A DNA stretch of 64,000 bases from Eledone cirrhosa (Eukaryota), in the NCBI GenBank assembly GCA_964016885.1, contig OZ024741.1:38874001-38938000 (forward strand), read 5' to 3'. Below the pieces are notes generated by a model. That model was not told the origin of the DNA. It made no database searches and was given only the letters and a program-made list of their open reading frames with translations. Both the position numbers and the translations under genes were made by a program. Numbering within the stretch: position 1 is the first letter of the stretch; each line of letters begins with the position of its first letter. Of this stretch, positions 56,403 through 64,000 are shown one piece after another.

Positions 56403-58393
56403 TTACCTTACTTCTCGTAGGGGAAGGACGGTTTTTCCATCCTTTTCACTGCTTGTGGCCTCCTCAGGAAGGATGTCCTTATAAATCCTCCTGGAGAGTG
56501 CTTGTCGGAAGTCTCCGATGTCTTTGGGGAATTTTTGTTTTAGTGTCATGTACGTTTTCTGTGTGATGCGAGTGATTTGTATGTGTGGAGGTGGTGTGAA
56601 TTTTTGGGTTGTTGTGTAGTCTTTTTCTGTGATGCTGGTGTTGTGTTGGATGTAGTGTAATAATTGCTTGTTGTTCAAATTTAATGCTGAGTAGTGTGTA
56701 TCGTTTTGGTTGTTTTGTTTTGTTTGCGTTTGTTGTGGGTTTGTTTCTGTTTCGCATTTTGGTGACTTTTGTGGTGTAGGTGATGGTGGTGTTGGGGTTA
56801 ATGATGGTGATGGTGTTGGTGTTTGGGTTGATGAGGTTGGTGATGCTGGTGTGGATGGTGGCATATCTGTCCTAACTTTTTTGTTTTTTAATTTATTTGT
56901 TTCCCTCTGTATTTTGTTTTTGGAGGGGGAAGGAAGAGAATTTTTTTCTTTTTTGGTTTCTTTTTTTTTTTCCTGATACCGTTTCCCACTCCTCGTCGTC
57001 ACAATCTGTCTCCAGTTGTGATAGGCCGGGGAGTGGAAAATCCTCCACAGGCGTTAGTTTTGGTTGTGGCGTGGTGGATGGTGTAGGCGCTGGTGCTAGT
57101 TCTGAAGCGTTGGGTGGTGGTGATGTTGGTTTTGCTGGTGGTGGTGGTGTTGGTTTTGCTACTGTTGCTGGGGTTGTTGCTGTTATAGCTGCTTCTGTTG
57201 TTGCTGCTACAGTTGTTGCTGCCATCTCTGCTACTGGTGGTGTTGATGGTTGAGTCACTGGGGTGGGTAGGAGAGGTGGCCTCAACCTTTTAGCCTGAGG
57301 GCAGAAATCCCTTAGGTGGGTTCCTTCACCACAAACGACACACCTAGGCCTTCTACCCTCGACAATTACGGTGAGGTGGCTGCCGTCAGTGAGGTCTATT
57401 ACCTCTGGGATCTCCTCAATGCTTTTTTGGTCCGCTTGGATCAGGAGCTCCATCCCACATCCGGACCAGTTCTCCTGCTTTTCTTTTGCTATTGCTATTA
57501 TCTTTGTGTTGGCTTCGATGCCGGCGAGGACGGCCGCTATTAGCCAGGGAATTTCGATGGCCGGTGGAACGTGGGTCACCCTGATCTTTACGAGTCTCTG
57601 GCCACAATAGCTTGGGACGAGTGTGAAGTCGTCACTTCTTAATGGGGCCATGGAGTGTTCTCTAGCCTCCTCTGGTGTTTCAAAGAACACGTCCACGGTT
57701 CCATACTTCTGCCCACGTCTGATGTGGGTTTTTCTTGCCCACACATGTCCCAAAGCTTTTTGGATTTAGGACTTGGATGCCCGTTCCACTCGGCGCGATT
57801 TTACATTTATTGTTCGATACGACACGGTGCATAGGCGCCGATGCTCCATTTTATTAGGTGGGGGGGGGGGTTGAGGCTGACCCTGTACCCATCTTTATTT
57901 ACCATTTTTTTGGCATTTTCTAATTCCTCCTGAGTTACCGTAAATGCTTCGCACTGTTTTGCTACTCTGGCAAAACTCAGGGTGGTATTTTAATGTCATT
58001 GTTGTTGTTGTTGCTATCGTTATTTTTGTTATTATTAATTTTAGTTTCAGTTGTGGTGGTGGTGACGTCAGTGGAGTTCGGTTTGGAAGAGTCCATTTTG
58101 GTTGAAAATATTTCGACATCACGAGTTGATTTATTTTTTCCTTTTGTTTCTGTTGTCGCGGTGGTGGTAGGGGTGGTGGTTGTCGCGGTGGTGGTGGTGG
58201 TGGCGGTTTTAACACCTGCAGTCATTGGTAATGGCGGGAAATGAATGTCTGCCTGAGACAAATTTAAAATATTGCTAGTGCTTAAATTGTTTGTGTTGGC
58301 AAACGTAGTATCATTTACAATGGTGCTGTCGGTGTGAGGTGTTAATTTGTGAGGAAGGCTTTCAGCTGCTTGGTGCAGAGGTGAATTAGCCAT
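56403..58393 (-). pseudogene. LINE ORF1, frameshifted
   Basis: VEGRRPRCVVCGEGTHLRDFCP knuckle; pieces 57977-58393, 56893-57753, 56403-57002. Confidence 0.8.
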
Positions 58394-58603
58394 TTTTTTT
58401 TCAAAGAAATTTGTTGATAATCATAAAAGTTTAAATTTTGGGCACAAGGTCCCAATCTTTTTGGCTGTCCTTTTCGGAAAACAATGCATGTGCGCTTATA
58501 TATAGTTAACAATAAAAAATTTCCATAAATGGCAATTTTTAACAAACGGAAATAACAAACCTTTGCGGAGCTCACGGTGATACGATTTACTATGTAGGTC
58601 GCC

Positions 58604-58637
<34 letters not shown>

Positions 58638-58639
58638 GT

Positions 58640-59542
58640 ACTAAAGGAGAGGACAATAGACAAGGGATGTCCACGGAGGAAATAACAACAAGGAGAAAGC
58701 GCAGCCTTCAGGAAAAATCCCTTCATAGTACCTTCTTTGAGAAAACTGAATTCAGAGATCCACAGACATGGAACTGGTTGAAAAGAGGCGACCTTAAAAA
58801 GGCTACAGAAGGAATGTTATTGGCTGCGCAAGAGCAGGCCCTCAAAACGAAGTGGTTGAAACAACATATTTACAAGGAGGAGGCTAGCCCATTGTGCAGG
58901 ATCTGTGGAGAGAGAGAGGAGACTGTGGCTCACATTGTATCCGAGTGTAAACACCTAGCCCAGACTCACTATAAGGGCTGGAGACATGATGTGATGGGCA
59001 GGGTGATCCACTGGCACCTATGCAAAGTAAACAATTTACCACATTCTGAGAAGTGGTATGAGCATAAGCCAAAGTCGGTGATAGAAAACGATCAGGTGAA
59101 GGTGCTGTGGGATTTTAGGATACAGGCGGACAAGAAACTGGAACACAATAGACCTGACCTGGTGGTTGTGGACAAATAAAAAAGATCGTGCCTGATTGTG
59201 GATGTGGCCTGCCCATTCGACACGAGAGTGCAAGAGAAGGAGAGGGAGAAAATTAACCGATACCAGGACTTAAAGTGGGAGGTAAAAAGGACTTGGAACT
59301 GCCATGAAGTCAAAGTGGTCCCGATTGTCATAGGCGCACTAGGTACTATCTCAAAACGTTTCCAGGGATGGTTAAAGAAAATTGGCCCCTTCACGCTTTT
59401 TGGAACGCTTCAAAAGGCATGCTTGCTGGGAACAGCAAGAACCCTCCGATACGTCCTGCATATCTGAGGCTGCAGGTAGTGGCTTGATATTCATTTCAAC
59501 AAACTTTCCAGTTAACTAACATCAATGACTGAGACTCAAAGA
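58640..59542 (+). mobile_element. Second R4/Dong-type family, 3' fragment
   Basis: LLAAQEQAL, CRICGEREETVAHIVSEC, RHD, RPDL..DVACP..KINRYQDL, VPIVIGALG; stop at 59177; (TAA)n on both sides. Confidence 0.88.
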
Positions 59543-59565
59543 ATAATAATAATAATAATAATAAT

Positions 59566-60899
59566 GATTTCTTTATTGGCCACAAGGGTTGACATCAAGA
59601 AAAACATTACAGACGGCACAGGACGGTACGATGTGGGTGTTGTGCGTGTAAATAATTTTATTATTTATATAAGAAAAGAAAAAAAAAGGACATAGAAACA
59701 TATATATAAACAATAAAAATGAAAAATTGAAACAATGAAAAATTCCCCAATAGGGGGGAAACCTCCGAGGGTTACTCGTGGCGAAAACCACACAAAAGAC
59801 CACGGCCACCCTGACCACGATGGCAAGAGTCCTCTCTCAATTTTTCAATTTCTCAAACTACAGACGTATATTTAGAGCGGTCCCGTTCACTCGGACCATT
59901 CTCGCTACAAATTTCGCTACAAATTTCAACAAACTTGCTAGAAGGCAGCACTTGCTTCTCCACCCTGATTTTCCTCTTCAAGTGAAACTTGAAAAATTTA
60001 ATTAGGGATTCGCCGAAGAGGAAAGTGTCTGTCTTTAACCCTTTCAACCTTGTCCACCACACAATCTCTTTCGCTATGGCCACCAGGCAGATGAAAACCA
60101 CCTGCCTTCCTCCTCGAAGGAAGACGGCAAGACCATCTGCACAATGGACTCAGTCGATAACCGGATCAGTCCCACATGCGACAGCAACTGTTCGACATAG
60201 CTCCACAAGTCAGCAATGCTCGGGCACTGAACGAGTGCGTGCACGACGGTTTCGTCGCTCTGCGTGCATCTCGGACAGGCTCGGCTGACGGCACTTTCGT
60301 GCCTGTAGAGCTTATCTCGAACCGGCAGCGCTCCCCGGTAGCACTGCCAGGCCAGGGATTTTGGGAAGTTATCAATAGGCCCTGGGCTGAAAGTTCTCCG
60401 GAAGAGAGCAAACAGCTGATCTTCTTCGACGCCCAGGATGTCTCCGAGAACGTCGTCGCTCTTCCCCTCCACTAGTCCTCTATAGATCGCTGAGGGGGAT
60501 GTTCCACCGATACTGGTGCCCAGCTGGCAAAGGGCAGTGAGCGCCTGGAGACATTCCAGATTCCAAGCGCTATCCCTGGGTCTTTTTCTGACCCAGGACT
60601 GCAGCTCCGCCAAGGAGACGAGCTGTGGGAAAACGTGCCTGGCGAACGGCGACCATACCTGTTCACCGTCAAGGAAGAACCAGAGATGTCGCAGCCTCAC
60701 CGCATGTTTGCGCATCATCAGCCATGACATGCCCAGTCCTCGACGCAACGGGTGTTGACAGCAGATGCATCGTCTGACCATGGGAGCGCGTCCCTTCCAC
60801 AAAAAGCGGAAGAGGAGGCGCTCCATTTTGGTGAGAGTTGGGCCGGAGCATGGGTCGACGGTGAGGCGGTTGCAGATGACGGATGCGATGTACGCATTC
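59566..60899 (-). mobile_element. Tx1 LINE 3' fragment, another TAA-lineage subfamily
   Basis: NAYIASVI..CPRC..WWTRLKG; related 3'UTR; (TAA)n on both sides. Confidence 0.88.
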
Positions 60900-60917
60900 A
60901 TAATAATAATAATAATA

Positions 60918-60971
60918 ATTGTTTCTAGTTTTGGCACAATGCCAGCAATTACCCAGTACATTACTGGTACT

Positions 60972-60973
<2 letters not shown>
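60918..60973 (-). mobile_element. SINE 3' fragment within (TAA)n
   Basis: reverse complement matches 36332-36390. Confidence 0.7.
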
Positions 60974-61036
<63 letters not shown>

Positions 61037-61037
<1 letters not shown>

Positions 61038-64000
61038 TTTTCTTTATTAACCACAAGGGTTCACATAAAGTAGACATTAAGGACAGTACAGGACAATACA
61101 GGACGGTACAAATGGGCATTTCTGCGTGTAAAAAAAAAACAGAGGTTGAAATAAAATAACAAAGAAAAATTCCCCAATAGGGGGGAGACTTCCAAGGGAC
61201 ATTTGTGGAGAAAGCCCATTAAAAGACCACAGTGACCCTGACCACCAGGGCAAGTGCCCTCTCCCAGTTTTCCACCTTTAATTTACAGACACATACTCAG
61301 AGAAGGCCCATTCATTCGGGCCATACTTGCTTCTCTCACCCATCTTTCAACAAAATGCTGGGAAGAGAGCACTTCCCTCTCTACCCTGATTTTCCTTTTC
61401 AAATGAAATTTGAAAAAGTTAATCAGGGCATCACCGAAGAGGTAAGTGCTCGTCTTCAGCCCTTTCAAACGTGTCCACCATACTATCTCTTTCGCCATAG
61501 CCACCAGACAGATAAAAACTGCCTGCCCTTCCAGGCTAAAGGAAGGGGGCGGGGCAATCCTCACGATGGACTCAGCTGATAGCTGGATCCGTCCTACACG
61601 TGACAGCAGGTGTTCGACATAAACCCACAAGTCAGCAATGCTCGGACACTGGACGAGTGCGTGCAGGACGGTTTCGTCGCCCTGCGCGCATCTCGGACAT
61701 GCCCGGCTGACGGCACCTCCATGCCTGTAGAGTTTATCCCGAACTGGCAAAGCTCCTCGGTAGCACTGCCAGGCCAGGGATTTCTGGAAGTTGTCCATAG
61801 GCCCCGGCCCGAAAGTCCTTCCGAAGAGATTGGCTAGTTGATTTTCGTCGACGCCTAGAGTTTCTCCAAGTACGTCGTCGCTCTTCCCCTCCACTAATCC
61901 CCTATAGAACGCCAAGGTGGAGTTTCCACCGATCACATTGCCCGATTGGCCGAGGGCTGTGAGCGCCTGAAGACATTCCAGTCTCCAAGCGCTCCTTCTC
62001 GGTCTTCGCTTGACCCAGGACTGCAGCTCCGTCAAGGAGACGAGCTGGGGAAAAACGTGTCTTGCAAACGGCGACCACACCTGATCACCGTCGAAGAAGA
62101 GGTGGAGATGTCGTAGCCTGAGCGCGTGTCTGCGCATCATCAGCCACGGCATGCCCAGCCCTCCACGTAGCGGGTGTTGACAGCAGATGGACCGCCTGAC
62201 CATCGGAGCGCGTCCCTTCCACAAGAAGCGAAAGAGCAAACGCTCCAGCGCAGTCAGGCGGGGCTTAGGACAAGGTACGACGGTCAGGCGGTAGTAGATG
62301 ACGGATGCGATGTACGCATTCGCCACCTCCGCTCGACCTTTCGGCCCATTTCTGGGTGAGAGAAGCCACCCTGCTCGTCACCTCATCCCAGTTTTTGTCT
62401 GTCTGGAGGTCTGGACCGAACCAGACCCCTAGCAATTTAACCGGTCCGTCCGTCCAGCGCTCGACGACGCTGTTGGATGGCATGGACCTGCCTCTCCAGG
62501 TGCCGAGCTGCAGGCCCACTGACTTTTCCTGGTTGATCATTGCTCCTGTCACAGCTTCGTATTCTCTTAGTGTAGTGCCAATCGCCTCGATGTGTTTGGC
62601 GTTCGACACCACTACGGTGACATCGTGGGCATATGCTGACACGGAACTTCCGCATCCTAGTTCGCGCGGGACCCCCCTCAACGTCTCCAGTTTGTGCAGT
62701 AATGTCTCGAGAGTCAATACGTACAATAGGGACGAGAGGGGACATCGTTGGCGGACCGAGCGCATGATGTTGAACGGTTCCGAAAGGTGACCGTTCACTC
62801 TCACTACAGAGCAGATGTCGCTGTGCATGGCAGCGATCCAGCCTCTGAAGACGGGCCCAAAGCCAGCCGCCCTCAGGACTGCCGCTAGGTAACGATGGTC
62901 GACCCTATCGAAGGCTTTCGACTGATCTAAATTGATCAAAGACCCACCCGTGCCAGGTTCCCTAGCTACCCTCTCTACGATGTATCGCATGAGGTGGAGG
63001 TTGTCGTGGATGGATCTGTCGGGAATGGCGCATGTCTGTGCCTCTCCCACCAGACCACCAACGACAAGCGCCAACCTCTTTGCTAGCACCTTGGCCAAAA
63101 TCTTGAACTCTGTGTTTAGCAGAGTTATGGGCCTAAAATTATCTATGTTATCCCCCTTGTTCGGATCCTTTCTCAGCAGCGCCACCGCTCCTCGGCTCAC
63201 AGAGCTGGGAATTCTCCCATTCTGTTGCCAGTTGCAGTAGACGTCCGCCAAGAGGCCTCCGAACAAGTTTGGCATTTGTACGTAAAGTTCATAGGGCAGA
63301 CCATCCAAACCAGGCGATTTACCCCTTGTGCAACTAGTCATTGCATCCCGTACTTCAGCGGTTGTTATCGGCTTTTCGCAACACTCCGCCTCAGTGGCCG
63401 AAAGCCGCGGCAGTCCGTCGAGGTAGACACTAAAGTCCATCCCTCGATCCGGCCCGCCACTGCCCCCGAACAGTTGAGCGAAGTGTTGCTGAAAAGCTTC
63501 ACACATTTGCCCGGGATCGAGTAGCATGCACCCGTCGTGGTCCACCAAAGACCGGATCGTGGCTTTGTTGCCACGACGCGCCTCCGCCACTCGGGCCCAT
63601 TGAACGGCTTTCGTCCCCTCGTGTCTGAGAGCACGCACCCTAGCTCTGACAACGCAGCCTTCGTGCTTTGCATTGAAGAATTGGTCAAGGGCCAATTTCG
63701 CCGCAAGCACGTCGGTCGCGATGCCTTTGCTAAGCGCCTCATCTAATTTTCTAACTAATTCTCCCTCTGCTCTATTTTTCTCTATTGCTAAAGTCTTACT
63801 AAACCTAATGGACTCTATTCTAATTGCTCTTTTCAGAGCAAACCACCACTTGTTGTTGACGATGGCCCCCGTCAACGCCCGCTTAACTAGTTCGCTAATC
63901 CGGTCTCTGTAGGCCTTGCGCGCTGGTAAGGACGCGTTTAACTTCCAGTAGCCGGGTCCTCGTCTATGAAGCCTATCTAAGTCAAGCACACAGATCACGA
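61037..64000 (-). mobile_element. Tx1 LINE (TAA lineage), close paralogue of 52719-58603, continues past the window
   Basis: ORF2 pieces 62265-63998 and 61283-62326; small deletions near 62325-62340; YAHD; near-identical 3'UTR. Confidence 0.92.

Larger units (their letters stand above)
52719..58603 (-). mobile_element. Full-length Tx1/L1-clade LINE (TAA lineage)
   Basis: 5'UTR, ORF1, ORF2, 3'UTR ending AATAAAGAAAAC; (TAA)n on both sides. Confidence 0.92.

Noticed and set aside
60074-61054. 326-aa ORF with poly-Ile N-terminus as a membrane-anchored fusion
   Set aside because: Chance read-through of (ATT)n and a SINE fragment into a truncated LINE
53273-63912. Plus-strand ORFs over Tx1 ORF2
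   Set aside because: Antisense shadows of GC-rich coding sequence with no recognisable domains

Overview
This is eukaryotic, AT- and microsatellite-rich DNA, probably cephalopod/octopus (inferred from the SINE types and repeat make-up). I found no convincing host gene; almost all complex sequence is transposable element. It holds: (i) at least seven Tx1/L1-clade LINE copies in two lineages, one sitting in (TATC)n/TA repeats and one in (TAA)n; (ii) two RTE-clade LINE copies with 10-bp TSDs, one with a clean twin-priming-type 5' inversion; (iii) two R4/Dong-type restriction-like-endonuclease LINEs; (iv) a 5.7-kb Penelope-like element (RT + GIY-YIG, probably Naiad-type) arranged as a near-perfect 2.15-kb inverted repeat with a one-sided tail; (v) about ten short TA-embedded hairpin-plus-one-sided-tail elements, several carrying minimal hammerhead ribozyme motifs, including U3:A8 compensatory cores; (vi) SINEs, MITEs, a Helitron-like element and a Tc1/mariner remnant. 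From 49.3 kb to the end is an orientation-polarised array of retroelements linked only by (TAA)n. Most ORFs in the supplied track are microsatellite artefacts or antisense shadows.
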